Assembly (NCBI GenBank): GCA_964348755.1
Contig: CAYGDW010000002.1
Span: 41,937 to 105,936 of the forward strand
Reading direction: 5' to 3'
Length of the DNA: 64,000 nucleotides
Source: an uncultured Bacteroidales bacterium
Lineage (GTDB): Bacteria > Bacteroidota > Bacteroidia > Bacteroidales > UBA7960
The notes beneath the pieces were generated by a model. That model was given only the letters and a program-made list of their open reading frames with translations, ran no database searches and was not told the DNA's origin. Each line of letters opens with the position of its first letter. Position 1 is the stretch's first letter. Positions 1-10,299 of the stretch are shown here, piece by piece. Both the position numbers and the translations under genes were made by a program.

Positions 1-1
1 T

Positions 2-850
2 GAAAAACGTTACTCGAGCCATACCATTATTGCATACCGCAACGACTTAACCCAGTTTCTAAATTACCTGTACCAACAGTATGGTATTAATGACCTTACT
101 GCGGCAAACGCCCCAATGATAAGGTCATGGTTGGCCCAATCCATTTCTGAAGGCCTTTCAAAAACTACCGTTAAACGCAAAATTTCGGCTTATAAATCAT
201 TTCTCAGGTTTGCCCAAAAAAACGAGCCGACAATCAAAAACCCGTTCGATAAAATTACAAGCATCAAAAAAAGCAAGGTACTTCCTGCATTTATTGAACA
301 GGAAGGTATGAACCGGCTTTTCGATCAGACTGAATTTAAGGAAGATTTCTCGGGCAAACGAGATCGGCTTATCCTGTCTTTGTTCTACACTACAGGTATG
401 CGCCTTTCAGAACTCTGCCAACTCCAGCACCAACATTTCGATGCTTCAAACAATACCATTACTGTTACCGGAAAACGCGCAAAACAGCGCATTATACCAC
501 TCTTACCCGAAGTAGGTGTTGATATAATTAATTATTTTGCAGAAAAAGAGAAAAGATTTGGGTTAGAATTGGACAGCCATATTTTTATTTCTGACAAAGG
601 CAACAAGATATACCCAAAGTTTGTTTACCGCTTGGTAACGCATTATTTGGGAAAGATTACCACCCGAAGCCGAAAAGGCCCACATATTTTAAGACACACG
701 TTTGCTACACACATGCTTAATAATGGAGCAGACCTTAACGCAATCAAAGAAATATTGGGCCATGCAAACCTTTCGGCAACTCAGGTTTATACGCACAATA
801 GCATTGAAAAACTAAAGACCGTTTATAAACAAGCCCATCCAAAGGCATAA
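2..850 (+). CDS. tyrosine site-specific recombinase, XerC/XerD-like (5' end runs off the window)
   Basis: Listed ORF 116..850 stays open in the same frame back to nt 2 (EKRYSSHTIIAYRNDLTQFLNYL, integrase SAM-like N-domain). The C-terminal catalytic signature is present: GMRLSEL ... HILRHTFATHML ... LGHANLSATQVYTH (R, HxxR, Y). Confidence 0.85.
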   Translation, partial: EKRYSSHTIIAYRNDLTQFLNYLYQQYGINDLTAANAPMIRSWLAQSISEGLSKTTVKRKISAYKSFLRFAQKNEPTIKNPFDKITSIKKSKVLPAFIEQEGMNRLFDQTEFKEDFSGKRDRLILSLFYTTGMRLSELCQLQHQHFDASNNTITVTGKRAKQRIIPLLPEVGVDIINYFAEKEKRFGLELDSHIFISDKGNKIYPKFVYRLVTHYLGKITTRSRKGPHILRHTFATHMLNNGADLNAIKEILGHANLSATQVYTHNSIEKLKTVYKQAHPKA

Positions 851-867
851 AAGTGGAGGTACCATTC

Positions 868-1167
868 ATGAAAGTAAACATCAGTTCATTGCATTTTAAA
901 TCAGATGTAAAACTCGAAGATTTCATCCGTGAAAAAACTTCAAAGCTTTCCAGTCATTACGACGGAGTTATTGGCTGCGACGTAACCCTTAAACTCGACA
1001 CGGCCCAAAACAATGAAAACAAGATAGTTGAAATGCGGATTTTGATACCTGGCAATGATCTGTTCTCAAAAAAGCAGGCGCGCACATTTGAAGAAGCCAC
1101 CGACCAAACAGTTGATGCATTAAGGCGTCAGTTACAGCGGTATAAAGAAAAATTGAAAAACATTTAA
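868..1167 (+). CDS. hpf: ribosome hibernation promoting factor / RaiA family
   Basis: MKVNISSLHFKSDVKLEDFIREKTSKL...VEMRILIPGNDLFSKKQARTFEEATDQTVDALRRQLQRYKEK is the typical sigma-54 modulation/HPF fold sequence. ATG at 868 is preferred over the GTG at 853 used by the ORF track. Confidence 0.8.
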   Translation: MKVNISSLHFKSDVKLEDFIREKTSKLSSHYDGVIGCDVTLKLDTAQNNENKIVEMRILIPGNDLFSKKQARTFEEATDQTVDALRRQLQRYKEKLKNI

Positions 1168-1206
1168 GCGCTTGCAAATGGTTTTCTTAAAAAAAATCTA
1201 TTTCAG

Positions 1207-1237
1207 TTTGGTAGTATTTAAATCTTTCGTACATTTG
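1207..1237 (+). promoter_or_regulatory. candidate Bacteroidota sigma-A promoter for the tRNA-tuf cluster
   Basis: TTTG (1207-1210), then 19 nt, then TACATTTG (1230-1237). This matches the Bacteroidetes -33 TTTG / -7 TAnnTTTG consensus. It lies 77 nt upstream of tRNA-Thr. Confidence 0.4.
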
Positions 1238-1313
1238 CAGACCTTTTTAACAAGGTCTGAATTTTTGTTGAAAAGCGATCAGCAAAAGGTCAACAACAAG
1301 TGATTAAATCGCT

Positions 1314-1387
1314 GCCGGTGTAGCTCAGTTGGCCAGAGCAGCTGATTTGTAATCAGCTGGTCGGGGGTTCGAATCCCTCCATCGGCT
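1314..1387 (+). tRNA. tRNA-Thr (anticodon UGU)
   Basis: Cloverleaf read by hand. Acceptor GCCGGTG/CATCGGC, D-arm TAGCTCAGTTGGCCAGAGC, anticodon loop TTTGTAA, T-arm GGGGGTTCGAATCCCTC. No encoded CCA. Confidence 0.9.
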
Positions 1388-1406
1388 CGAAGTTTTGAAA
1401 TATTCT

Positions 1407-1488
1407 GGGGGGATACCAGAGCGGTCAAATGGGGCAGACTGTAAATCTGTTGGCGCAGCCTTCGGAGGTTCGAATCCTCCTCCCCCCA
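1407..1488 (+). tRNA. tRNA-Tyr (anticodon GUA), long variable arm
   Basis: Acceptor GGGGGGA/TCCCCCC, anticodon loop CTGTAAA, variable arm GGCGCAGCCTTCG, T-arm GGAGGTTCGAATCCTCC. Confidence 0.9.
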
Positions 1489-1580
1489 CATAATAATACA
1501 GGCGGAGTGCCTGGATCATGAGGCCGAAGGCCGAATAATCCTCCTCCCCCCACATAATAATACAGGCGGAGTGCCTGGAT
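1473..1580 (+). repeat. two identical 44-bp direct repeats (1473-1516 and 1537-1580) covering the tRNA-Tyr 3' end plus 28 nt of spacer
   Basis: aatcctcctccccccacataataatacaggcggagtgcctggat occurs twice. The copies are separated by 20 nt (catgaggccgaaggccgaat) that contain a GGCC-GAA-GGCC hairpin. Confidence 0.9.
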
Positions 1581-1585
1581 TTATT

Positions 1586-1658
1586 GCGGAAATAGCTCAT
1601 CCGGTAGAGCGACAGCCTTCCAAGCTGTAGGTGGCGGGTTCGAGTCCCGTTTTCCGCT
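1586..1658 (+). tRNA. tRNA-Gly (anticodon UCC)
   Basis: Acceptor GCGGAAA/TTTCCGC, anticodon loop CTTCCAA, T-arm GCGGGTTCGAGTCCCGT. Confidence 0.9.
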
Positions 1659-1670
1659 CTCGGTTTTTTC

Positions 1671-1742
1671 GCCGACGTAGCTCAGGGGTAGAGCGTTTCC
1701 TTGGTAAGGAAGAGGTCACGGGTTCAATTCCCGTCGTCGGCT
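1671..1742 (+). tRNA. tRNA-Thr (anticodon GGU)
   Basis: Acceptor GCCGACG/CGTCGGC, anticodon loop TTGGTAA, T-arm ACGGGTTCAATTCCCGT. Thr-Tyr-Gly-Thr upstream of tuf is the classical arrangement. Confidence 0.9.
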
Positions 1743-1796
1743 CAAACAAAAAATGTTGAATCCCTTTTTTTAAAAAACTTAAACACCCTGTTAGAA

Positions 1797-2984
1797 ATGG
1801 CAAAAGAAAAATTTCAACGCACTAAGCCCCACGTGAACGTTGGTACCATTGGTCACGTTGACCATGGTAAAACCACCCTCACCGCTGCAATTACACAAAT
1901 TCTGGCCTCCAAAGGTCTTGCCGAGGTTCGTTCGTTCGATTCTATTGACAACGCACCCGAAGAAAAGGAAAGAGGTATTACCATTAATACAGCTCACGTA
2001 GAATATCAAACTACTGCCCGTCACTATGCTCACGTTGATTGCCCCGGCCACGCCGACTACGTAAAAAACATGGTAACAGGCGCCGCACAGATGGACGGAG
2101 CTATTCTTGTTGTTGCCGCTACCGATGGTCCAATGCCACAAACCCGCGAGCACATCCTTTTGGCCCGCCAGGTTGGTGTACCCCAGTTGGTTGTTTTCAT
2201 GAATAAAGTTGACCTTGTTGATGACGAGGAATTGCTCGAACTGGTAGAAATGGAAATTCGCGAACTGCTAACTTTCTACAAGTTCGATGGCGACAATATT
2301 CCGGTTATCCGCGGCTCTGCTTTGGGTGGTTTGAACAACGAGCCGGTATGGGTTTCTAAAATTGAGGAACTGATGAATGCCGTAGATACCTTTATTCCGC
2401 TGCCAGTTCGCGCTGTTGACAAAGAATTTCTTATGCCGGTTGAAGACGTTTTCTCAATTACTGGCCGTGGTACAGTTGCAACAGGCCGTATCGAAACAGG
2501 TGTAATTAACTCAAGCGACCACGTAGATATTATTGGTATGGGCGCCGAAAAACTCAAATCAGTAGTAACCGGTGTTGAAATGTTCCGAAAAATTCTTGAC
2601 CGTGGTGAAGCTGGCGACAACGTAGGTCTGCTCCTCCGTGGCATTGACAAAGATGCCATTACCCGCGGTATGGTTATTTGCAAGCCCGGTTCGGTAAAAC
2701 CACACAAAAAATTCAAGGCTGAGGTTTACGTATTGAAAAAAGAAGAAGGTGGCCGTCATACACCATTTCATAACAAATATCGTCCGCAGTTCTTCTTCCG
2801 CACCACCGACGTTACCGGCGAAATTTATCTGCCCGAAGGCGTTGAAATGTGTATGCCTGGCGATAACCTTACCATTACCGTTGATCTTATTGCTGCCGTT
2901 GCAATGGATAAAGGACTACGCTTTGCAATTCGCGAAGGTGGCCGCACCGTTGGAGCCGGACAGGTAACCGAAATTCTGGATTAA
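1797..2984 (+). CDS. tuf: translation elongation factor Tu
   Basis: [28 protein letters not shown]...DCPGHADY...NKVD. The ATG at 1797 is used because the ORF-track start at 1701 would overlap tRNA-Thr. Confidence 0.98.
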   Translation: MAKEKFQRTKPHVNVGTIGHVDHGKTTLTAAITQILASKGLAEVRSFDSIDNAPEEKERGITINTAHVEYQTTARHYAHVDCPGHADYVKNMVTGAAQMDGAILVVAATDGPMPQTREHILLARQVGVPQLVVFMNKVDLVDDEELLELVEMEIRELLTFYKFDGDNIPVIRGSALGGLNNEPVWVSKIEELMNAVDTFIPLPVRAVDKEFLMPVEDVFSITGRGTVATGRIETGVINSSDHVDIIGMGAEKLKSVVTGVEMFRKILDRGEAGDNVGLLLRGIDKDAITRGMVICKPGSVKPHKKFKAEVYVLKKEEGGRHTPFHNKYRPQFFFRTTDVTGEIYLPEGVEMCMPGDNLTITVDLIAAVAMDKGLRFAIREGGRTVGAGQVTEILD

Positions 2985-3038
2985 CACTATAACAGCATAA
3001 TGGGGGCAGGTGGGCATCATCAACTCCCTTATGCACAC

Positions 3039-3111
3039 ACGGGTGTAGCTCAATTGGTAGAGTAGTGGTCTCCAAAACCATTGGTTGAGGGTTCAAGTCC
3101 TTCCACCCGTG
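3039..3111 (+). tRNA. tRNA-Trp (anticodon CCA)
   Basis: Acceptor ACGGGTG/CACCCGT, anticodon loop CTCCAAA, T-arm GAGGGTTCAAGTCCTTC. It lies between tuf and secE. Confidence 0.9.
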
Positions 3112-3137
3112 CAAAATATTAGAATAGAAAATCAATT

Positions 3138-3332
3138 ATGAAGAAAATCAGAGCCTACCTCCACGAAACATACGATGAACTCATCCAAAAAGTTTCGTGG
3201 CCAACATGGAGCGATCTGCAGAATAGCGCAGTAGTGGTATCCGTTGCTTCCCTTATAATCGCAGTCGTGGTTTATTTGATGGATGTCAGCTTCAGCTCCG
3301 TTCTGAAACAATTTTACCGTCTCTTTTTATAA
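3138..3332 (+). CDS. secE: preprotein translocase subunit SecE
   Basis: 64 aa. Has the KVSWPTW motif followed by a single hydrophobic helix. Sits in the conserved position immediately upstream of nusG. Confidence 0.85.
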   Translation: MKKIRAYLHETYDELIQKVSWPTWSDLQNSAVVVSVASLIIAVVVYLMDVSFSSVLKQFYRLFL

Positions 3333-3427
3333 TCATTCGGTTGCAGCTTTCGCTGAAAGTTCTAATATTTTACTGATTTTCAACAATCAGCAAGGCAACC
3401 AACCGGGATTAAAGTTTTTACGTTAGT

Positions 3428-3970
3428 ATGAGCGACCAAGTGAAAAAATGGTATGTGGTACGTGCTGTAAGTGGGAGCGAGAAAAAAGTAAGGCAATACA
3501 TTGAAAGTGAAATTTCTCGCCTCGGCCTTAAAGATTACGTATCGCAGGTACTGATTCCCGTCGAAAAGGTTTATCAGATCCGTAAAGGGAAAAAGATTAG
3601 CGCAGAGCGCAACTATTTTCCTGGCTACTTGCTGATTGAGGCCGTTTTGATCGGGGAGATTCCGCACATTATACGGAACATTCCAGGGGTATTGGGTTTT
3701 TTAGGCTCTGGTTCAGAACCCTCACCGCTTCGCACTTCAGAGGTTAATCGCATCTTAGGTAAAGTTGACGAACTCTCAGGAAAAGAAGAAGAACTGAATG
3801 TGCCGTTTATTGTGGGCGAAACCGTAAAAGTAACAGACGGACCCTTTAACAGCTTTACAGGTGTGATTGAAGAAATTAACGAAGAGAAGAAAAAATTGAA
3901 AGTGATGGTGAAGATCTTCGGTCGAAAAACACCTTTGGAACTGAGTTTCATGCAGGTTGAAAAAGAATAA
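3428..3970 (+). CDS. nusG: transcription termination/antitermination factor NusG
   Basis: KKWYVVRAVSGSEKKV (NGN domain) and a C-terminal KOW (GETVKVTDGPFNSFTGVIEEI). Confidence 0.95.
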   Translation: MSDQVKKWYVVRAVSGSEKKVRQYIESEISRLGLKDYVSQVLIPVEKVYQIRKGKKISAERNYFPGYLLIEAVLIGEIPHIIRNIPGVLGFLGSGSEPSPLRTSEVNRILGKVDELSGKEEELNVPFIVGETVKVTDGPFNSFTGVIEEINEEKKKLKVMVKIFGRKTPLELSFMQVEKE

Positions 3971-4045
3971 GTGTGATGTTAAGCACCTTTTAACACAGTG
4001 TGCATGATGTATTTCGATCTCCTTACTTGTTAAAAAAATCGAAAA

Positions 4046-4480
4046 ATGGCAAAAGAAGTTAGTGCATTAGTAAAACTGCAAATCAAAGGCGGTGCGGCAA
4101 ACCCTTCACCACCCGTTGGCCCGGCATTGGGTTCAAAAGGGGTGAATATTATGGAGTTTTGCAAGCAGTTCAACGCCCGTACCCAGGATAAAGCCGGAAA
4201 AATTATACCCGTAATTATTACTGTGTACCGCGATAAGTCCTTTGATTTCATAACAAAAACCCCGCCCGTTGCTGTGCAACTGCGCGAAATAGCCAAGATT
4301 AAATCGGGTTCAGCCGAGCCCAACAGAACCAAGGTGGCTACAATCACCTGGGAACAGGTACGGGAAATCGCAGAATCAAAAATGCCCGACTTAAACTGTT
4401 TTACCGTTGAGTCAGCCATAGAAATGGTTGCCGGAACGGCCCGCAGCATGGGTATCAGAATTAAAGGAACAATATCCTGA
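4046..4480 (+). CDS. rplK: 50S ribosomal protein L11
   Basis: [35 protein letters not shown]. Confidence 0.97.
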   Translation: MAKEVSALVKLQIKGGAANPSPPVGPALGSKGVNIMEFCKQFNARTQDKAGKIIPVIITVYRDKSFDFITKTPPVAVQLREIAKIKSGSAEPNRTKVATITWEQVREIAESKMPDLNCFTVESAIEMVAGTARSMGIRIKGTIS

Positions 4481-4544
4481 TATGATGATAACAGGCGGTT
4501 TATCGGTGGGTATTAATTAACTTAAAGCTTAACGGAATCTGAAA

Positions 4545-5240
4545 ATGGCTAATTTAACAAAAAACCAAAAAGAAGCTTTAGCTAAGTTTGATAAGGATGC
4601 GGTTCTCTCATTGGCCGATGCGGCTGAAGTCGTAAAAAAGATCACCTACACCAAATTCGATGCTTCAGTAGATCTGGACATTCGTCTTGGTGTTGATCCC
4701 CGCAAAGCCAACCAAATGGTAAGGGGCGTTGTTTCCCTTCCGCATGGTACTGGAAAAACCGTCAGGGTGCTTGTTTTGTGCACACCCGATAAGGAAGACG
4801 AAGCTAAACAAGCCGGAGCTGATTACGTTGGCCTGGATGAATTCATTGAAAAGATTAAAGGTGGTTGGACTGACGTGGATGTGGTAATTACCACACCCAA
4901 TGTAATGCCCAAAGTTGGCGCCCTTGGCCGCATTCTTGGCCCAAGGGGGCTTATGCCAAACCCCAAAGCCGGTACGGTTACTATGGAGGTAGGAAAAGCC
5001 GTTCAGGACGTAAAAGCCGGTAAAATCGATTTCAAAGTGGATAAGTATGGTATCATTCATGCCTCAGTAGGCAAAGTATCGTTCGACTCACAAAAACTCG
5101 TCGAAAATGCTAAAGAACTGATCCAGACAATCATCAGGTTAAAACCTGCTGCTGCAAAAGGTACTTACGTGAAAAGTATTTTCATGTCGAGCACCATGAG
5201 CCCAGGGGTTCAGGTTGAAACCAAATCAGCAACCAATTAA
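4545..5240 (+). CDS. rplA: 50S ribosomal protein L1
   Basis: [23 protein letters not shown]...[16 protein letters not shown]. Confidence 0.97.
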   Translation: MANLTKNQKEALAKFDKDAVLSLADAAEVVKKITYTKFDASVDLDIRLGVDPRKANQMVRGVVSLPHGTGKTVRVLVLCTPDKEDEAKQAGADYVGLDEFIEKIKGGWTDVDVVITTPNVMPKVGALGRILGPRGLMPNPKAGTVTMEVGKAVQDVKAGKIDFKVDKYGIIHASVGKVSFDSQKLVENAKELIQTIIRLKPAAAKGTYVKSIFMSSTMSPGVQVETKSATN

Positions 5241-5278
5241 AATCAGGTGGCAAGTCACCTTAAAGATACTGACAGTAT

Positions 5279-5800
5279 ATGAAAAGAGAAGACAAATATC
5301 AGATTATCGAATCGCTGACCAGCAAACTCCAAAGCCGCGAAGTAGTATATCTGACTGACACTTCTGATCTGGATGTTGAAACCATCAACAAACTCAGGAG
5401 GCTCTGTTTCCGTCGCAATGTAACCATGCAGGTTGTTAAAAACGCCCTGTTGCAAAAAGCCATGGAAGCCAGTGATAAAAACTTTGAGCCTTTATATCAG
5501 GTTCTGAAAGGTTCTACATCGGTTTTATTGGCCGATACCGGAAACCTTCCTGCCCGCCTGATTAAAGAGTTTCGCAAAACCAGTCCGAAGCCTATCCTTA
5601 AGGGCGCTTATGTACAGGAAGCTTTCTTTATTGGCGATGATCAGCTCGATGTGCTGACCAACCTAAAATCGAAAGACGAACTTATTGGCGACCTTATCGG
5701 ATTGCTGCAATCTCCTGCCCGCAATGTAATCTCAGCCCTTCAATCGGGCGGAAACACTATTGCCGGTGTATTGAAAACCCTTTCTGAAAAGGAAAATTAA
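5279..5800 (+). CDS. rplJ: 50S ribosomal protein L10
   Basis: Position between rplA and rplL. L10-like sequence (LRRLCFRRNVTMQVVKNALL). Confidence 0.9.
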   Translation: MKREDKYQIIESLTSKLQSREVVYLTDTSDLDVETINKLRRLCFRRNVTMQVVKNALLQKAMEASDKNFEPLYQVLKGSTSVLLADTGNLPARLIKEFRKTSPKPILKGAYVQEAFFIGDDQLDVLTNLKSKDELIGDLIGLLQSPARNVISALQSGGNTIAGVLKTLSEKEN

Positions 5801-5852
5801 ACCCTCTTGAAAAAAAATCATTGAAGTAAAACCAATTTAAAACGATTATAAA

Positions 5853-6236
5853 ATGGCAGATTTGAAAGCTTTTGCAGAACAATTAGTTAATCTTACCGTA
5901 AAAGAGGTTAATGAATTGGCCCAAATTTTAAAGGATGAATACGGCATTGAGCCTGCAGCCGCTGCCCCTGTAGCTGTGGTTGCTGCTGGCGGTGCTGATG
6001 CAGCCGGAGCAGTTGCAGAAGAAAAAACTCAGTTCGATGTAATTCTTAAGTCGGCAGGCCCCTCTAAACTGGCCGTTGTGAAGCTTGTGAAAGAACTCAC
6101 CAGCCTCGGACTAAAAGAATCAAAAGAACTGGTTGACGCAGCTCCAAAAGCCATTAAGGAAGGTGTTGCTAAAGATGAAGCAGAATCATTGAAAAAGCAA
6201 CTCGAAGAGGCCGGCGCTGAGGTTGAAGTAAAATAA
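5853..6236 (+). CDS. rplL: 50S ribosomal protein L7/L12
   Basis: Ala-rich hinge ([19 protein letters not shown]) and a C-terminal domain [18 protein letters not shown]...AEVEVK. Confidence 0.97.
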   Translation: MADLKAFAEQLVNLTVKEVNELAQILKDEYGIEPAAAAPVAVVAAGGADAAGAVAEEKTQFDVILKSAGPSKLAVVKLVKELTSLGLKESKELVDAAPKAIKEGVAKDEAESLKKQLEEAGAEVEVK

Positions 6237-6257
6237 TCTCTAGCATTTTACTAAAGG

Positions 6258-6320
6258 TTAGGCTTCTGCCGAGATTTAAATCGATGCGGAAGTCTAATCT
6301 TTATTGCAGTATTTTTCTTT
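6258..6320 (+). terminator. putative intercistronic attenuator hairpin between rplL and rpoB
   Basis: A 12-bp stem ttaggcttctgc (6258-6269) / gcggaagtctaa (6286-6297) with two G-U pairs. It is followed by the T-rich tract ctttattgcagtatttttctttttc. Confidence 0.4.
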
Positions 6321-6364
6321 TTCTCCTTTCTGGTTTTTTTAAGTAACTACAAACCCCTCGAACC

Positions 6365-9300
6365 TTGGCAGCAAATATCAAAACCGTCGAAAGAGTAAAT
6401 TTCTCGTTAATTAACACACATTTTAATTACCCCGACTTTCTTGAAGTCCAACTGAAGTCCTTCCAGGACTTTTTCCAGCTTGAGACAACCCCCGAAAACC
6501 GGAAGAATGAAGGGCTTTTTAAAGTATTCAGCGAGAATTTCCCAATATCCGACGCCAGAAACAATTTCGTTCTTGAATTCCTGGATTATTTTATTGACCC
6601 TCCAAAATATTCCATTCAGGAATGTATCCAACGAGGTCTTACCTACAGCGTTCCGCTTAAGGCCAAGTTAAAACTTTATTGTACCGATCCCGAACACGAA
6701 GATTTCGAAACCATTATTCAGGATGTTTACCTGGGAATGATTCCTTATATGACCCCACGCGGTACCTTCGTAATTAATGGCGCTGAGCGCGTTGTAGTTT
6801 CACAGCTTCACCGCTCGCCAGGCGTATTTTTCGGAACCAGCCAACACGCAAACGGTACACAACTTTACAGCGCACGAATTATCCCATTTAAAGGCTCCTG
6901 GATCGAGTTTGCTACTGACATAAACAATGTTATGTACGCATACATCGACAGGAAAAAGAAACTGCCGGTTACAACCTTACTCAGAGCCATTGGCTTCGAA
7001 AACGATAAAGATATTCTCGAAATTTTCGACCTGGCCGATGAAGTGAAAGTTAGCAAAACAGGCCTCAAAAAATTTGTCGGCCGAAAACTCGCTGCCCGCG
7101 TGCTGCGCTCACGTGTCGAAGATTTTGTTGATGCAGATACCGGCGAAGTGGTATCAATCGAACGCAATGAAATTATCATTGACCGTGAAACAATACTCGA
7201 AAATGATCATATCGACCTCATTGTCGATTCAGGCGCAAAAACTATTATCCTGCACAAAGAGGATGTAAACCTGAACGACTTTGCACTGATATATAACACC
7301 CTGCAAAAGGACACCACCAATTCTGAAAAGGATGCGGTTGAATTTATTTACCGCCTTTTGCGTAATGCCGATCCGCCCGATGAGGAAACTGCCCGTGGCA
7401 TGATCGAAAAACTTTTCTTCTCTGATAAACGATACGACCTTGGCGATGTGGGCCGCTACCGTATCAATAAGAAGCTAAACCTCGACACCCCCATGGGTTT
7501 GAGGGTACTTACCAAAGGTGATATAATTTTTATTGTAAAGTATCTTATTGAATTGGTAAACGCCAAAGCCGACGTTGATGATATTGATCACCTGAGCAAT
7601 CGACGGGTGCGTACTGTGGGCGAGCAACTTTATGCTCAGTTTGGTGTTGGTTTGGCCCGTATGGCCCGCACCATTCGCGAGCGCATGAATGTTCGCGACA
7701 ACGAAGTGTTTGCACCTACCGACCTGATTAATGCCAAAACCTTGTCCTCGGTTATCAACTCGTTTTTTGGCACCAACCAGCTTTCGCAGTTTATGGACCA
7801 AACAAACCCTCTGGCCGAACTAACGCACAAACGCAGAATGTCGGCATTGGGCCCAGGAGGTCTATCGCGCGAAAGAGCCGGTTTCGAAGTACGCGACGTT
7901 CACTTTACTCACTACGGAAGGCTCTGTACAATAGAAACCCCCGAAGGCCCAAATATCGGACTTATTTCATCGCTTTGCGTATTTGCAAAAATAAACGAAC
8001 TTGGGTTTATTGAAACGCCTTACTTCGAAGTTAAAGAAGGAAAGGTTGATTTAAAGAAGGAACCGGTTTACCTTTCGGCCGAAGAAGAAGAAACCCAGAT
8101 TATTAGCCAGGCCAATGTACCTCTTAAACCCGACGGACGATTTGCCGAAAACTTTGTAAAAGTTCGCTTTCAGGCTGATTACCCAATTGTTGAGCCCGAA
8201 AAAATTGACCTGATGGACGTGGCCCCAAATCAAATTGCCTCCATTGCCGCCTCTTTGATTCCATTCCTTGAGCACGACGACGCCAACCGGGCACTCATGG
8301 GTAGCAATATGATGCGCCAGGCCGTTCCCCTGCTAAACCCTGAAGCACCAATTGTTGGTACCGGTCTCGAAAAGAAAGTAGCCTCCGACTCGCGGGTGCT
8401 GCTTCATGCCGAAGGAAACGGTATTGTTGAATATGTTGATGCAGATGAAATCATTATACGCTACTCGCGAAACGATGACGAAAAACTTGTCAGCTTCGAA
8501 GATGACGTGAGGGTTTACAACCTTATTAAGTTTGGCAAAACAAACCAGAACACCTGCATCAACCTGCGCCCAATTGTTCGCAAAGGGCAAAAAGTTACCA
8601 AAGGTCAACTGCTTTCTGAAGGCTATGCCACCAAAAATGGAGAACTGGCCCTGGGCCGAAACCTTAAGGTGGCTTTTATGCCATGGAAAGGTTACAACTT
8701 TGAAGATGCCATTGTAATATCCGAAAAAGTCGTTAAAGAGGACATCTTTACTTCCATCCATATTGAAGAGTTTTCGCTCGATGTTCGCGACACCAAACGT
8801 GGGGTTGAGGAACTTACCAATGATATTCCAAATGTTAGCGCCGAAGCAATCAAAGACCTTGACGAAAGCGGAATGATCAGAATTGGTGCCGAAGTAAACG
8901 AGGGCGATATACTTATAGGTAAAATTACCCCAAAGGGCGAAACCGATCCAACCCCGGAAGAAAAACTCCTTAGAGCAATATTTGGCGACAAGGCTGGCGA
9001 TGTGAAGGATGCATCGCTAAAGGCACCACCTTCAACAAAAGGTGTGGTAGTTGACAAAAAGCTCTTTTCGCGCGTTTTCAAAGACCGCAAAGCCAAAACC
9101 AAAGAGAAAATCATCCTCGAAAAACTCGACGATGAATTCAATGCCGAGGTTTCCGACCTTCGGGCCAAACTGGTTGATAAACTTATTGTACTCGTAAGCG
9201 GAAAAACCTCGCAAGGGGTGATGAATATCCTCAAGGAAGTGGTTGTGGCAAAAGGTACCAAGTTTACCCAAAAAATACTCCATAACCTCGACTACGCCAA

Positions 9301-10177
9301 CATTAACCCCAACAACTGGACTACCGACCGCGACAAAAACGTTCTTATAAAAGAGTTGCTGCACAACTATACCATCAAATTTAAAGACATACTGGGTGCA
9401 TACAACCGCAAGAAGTTTACCTCAACCGTTGGCGACGAATTGCCTGCCGGAATTATTCAGCTGGCTAAGATTTATCTTGCCAAAAAGCGTAAACTTAAAG
9501 TTGGTGATAAAATGGCAGGTCGTCACGGAAACAAGGGTATTGTTGCCCGTATAGTTCGCGAAGAAGATATGCCATTCCTTAGCGATGGTACCCCTGTTGA
9601 CATTGTGCTCAACCCACTTGGCGTACCTTCACGTATGAACCTGGGGCAAATTTATGAAACCGTTCTTGGTTGGGCCGGGCTCGAACTTGGGCTTACTTTC
9701 TCAAGCCCCATTTTCGACGGAGCCACAATAGACCAGATTAACGACTACATGAAAAAGGCCGGGCTGCCCGAAAACGGGAAAGTTTACCTCTACGACGGAG
9801 GCACTGGCGAGCGATTTGACCAACCTGCAACTGTGGGCGTTATCTATATGCTGAAACTCGGCCACATGGTTGACGATAAGATGCACGCAAGGTCTATCGG
9901 ACCATACTCTCTCATTACACAGCAACCCCTTGGTGGTAAAGCACAGTTTGGTGGGCAGCGATTTGGTGAAATGGAAGTATGGGCACTCGAAGCATTTGGC
10001 GCTGCAAACATCCTTCAGGAAATCCTCACTGTGAAGTCTGACGACGTGATTGGCCGTGCCAAAGCTTACGAAGCCATTGTTAAAGGCGAAAATATGCCAA
10101 CCCCTGGCGTGCCCGAATCATTCAATGTTCTGGTACACGAACTCAGAGGGCTTGGTCTTAATATCAAATTCGACTAA
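6365..10177 (+). CDS. rpoB: DNA-directed RNA polymerase subunit beta
   Basis: 1270 aa with unmistakable RpoB motifs ([24 protein letters not shown]). The apparent start is TTG at 6365, because an in-frame TAA lies at 6344-6346 and no ATG lies in between. Confidence 0.97.
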   Translation: MAANIKTVERVNFSLINTHFNYPDFLEVQLKSFQDFFQLETTPENRKNEGLFKVFSENFPISDARNNFVLEFLDYFIDPPKYSIQECIQRGLTYSVPLKAKLKLYCTDPEHEDFETIIQDVYLGMIPYMTPRGTFVINGAERVVVSQLHRSPGVFFGTSQHANGTQLYSARIIPFKGSWIEFATDINNVMYAYIDRKKKLPVTTLLRAIGFENDKDILEIFDLADEVKVSKTGLKKFVGRKLAARVLRSRVEDFVDADTGEVVSIERNEIIIDRETILENDHIDLIVDSGAKTIILHKEDVNLNDFALIYNTLQKDTTNSEKDAVEFIYRLLRNADPPDEETARGMIEKLFFSDKRYDLGDVGRYRINKKLNLDTPMGLRVLTKGDIIFIVKYLIELVNAKADVDDIDHLSNRRVRTVGEQLYAQFGVGLARMARTIRERMNVRDNEVFAPTDLINAKTLSSVINSFFGTNQLSQFMDQTNPLAELTHKRRMSALGPGGLSRERAGFEVRDVHFTHYGRLCTIETPEGPNIGLISSLCVFAKINELGFIETPYFEVKEGKVDLKKEPVYLSAEEEETQIISQANVPLKPDGRFAENFVKVRFQADYPIVEPEKIDLMDVAPNQIASIAASLIPFLEHDDANRALMGSNMMRQAVPLLNPEAPIVGTGLEKKVASDSRVLLHAEGNGIVEYVDADEIIIRYSRNDDEKLVSFEDDVRVYNLIKFGKTNQNTCINLRPIVRKGQKVTKGQLLSEGYATKNGELALGRNLKVAFMPWKGYNFEDAIVISEKVVKEDIFTSIHIEEFSLDVRDTKRGVEELTNDIPNVSAEAIKDLDESGMIRIGAEVNEGDILIGKITPKGETDPTPEEKLLRAIFGDKAGDVKDASLKAPPSTKGVVVDKKLFSRVFKDRKAKTKEKIILEKLDDEFNAEVSDLRAKLVDKLIVLVSGKTSQGVMNILKEVVVAKGTKFTQKILHNLDYANINPNNWTTDRDKNVLIKELLHNYTIKFKDILGAYNRKKFTSTVGDELPAGIIQLAKIYLAKKRKLKVGDKMAGRHGNKGIVARIVREEDMPFLSDGTPVDIVLNPLGVPSRMNLGQIYETVLGWAGLELGLTFSSPIFDGATIDQINDYMKKAGLPENGKVYLYDGGTGERFDQPATVGVIYMLKLGHMVDDKMHARSIGPYSLITQQPLGGKAQFGGQRFGEMEVWALEAFGAANILQEILTVKSDDVIGRAKAYEAIVKGENMPTPGVPESFNVLVHELRGLGLNIKFD

Positions 10178-10183
10178 AACTAA

Positions 10184-10217
10184 TTTTTCATGCAACCACC
10201 CCTGGTTGCATGAAAAA
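10184..10217 (+). other. perfect 15-bp stem / 4-nt loop hairpin in the rpoB-rpoC spacer
   Basis: tttttcatgcaacca cccc tggttgcatgaaaaa. A second 7-bp hairpin caacctg...caggttg follows at 10222-10250. Confidence 0.6.
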
Positions 10218-10299
10218 TTTACAACCTGAATGCCCAGGCACCCCAGGTTGATTAAGCAACAAATACTATATTCCACTTCTTTAACAATTACAACCTAAT

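Noticed and set aside
2-850. The XerC/D-like recombinase as the integrase of an island targeting the nearby tRNA genes.
   Set aside because: As far as I recall, the recombinase-hpf-tRNA-tuf arrangement is a common conserved synteny in Bacteroidota. The gene is separated from the tRNA-Tyr repeat by hpf and tRNA-Thr. No island cargo is present.
1279-1803. Three minus-strand ORFs (1279..1491, 1325..1600, 1597..1803) and the 5' extension of the tuf ORF (1701..1796).
   Set aside because: They lie entirely over four well-folding tRNA genes and the tRNA-Tyr duplication. Their peptides ([13 protein letters not shown]) are just tRNA T-arms read in frame.
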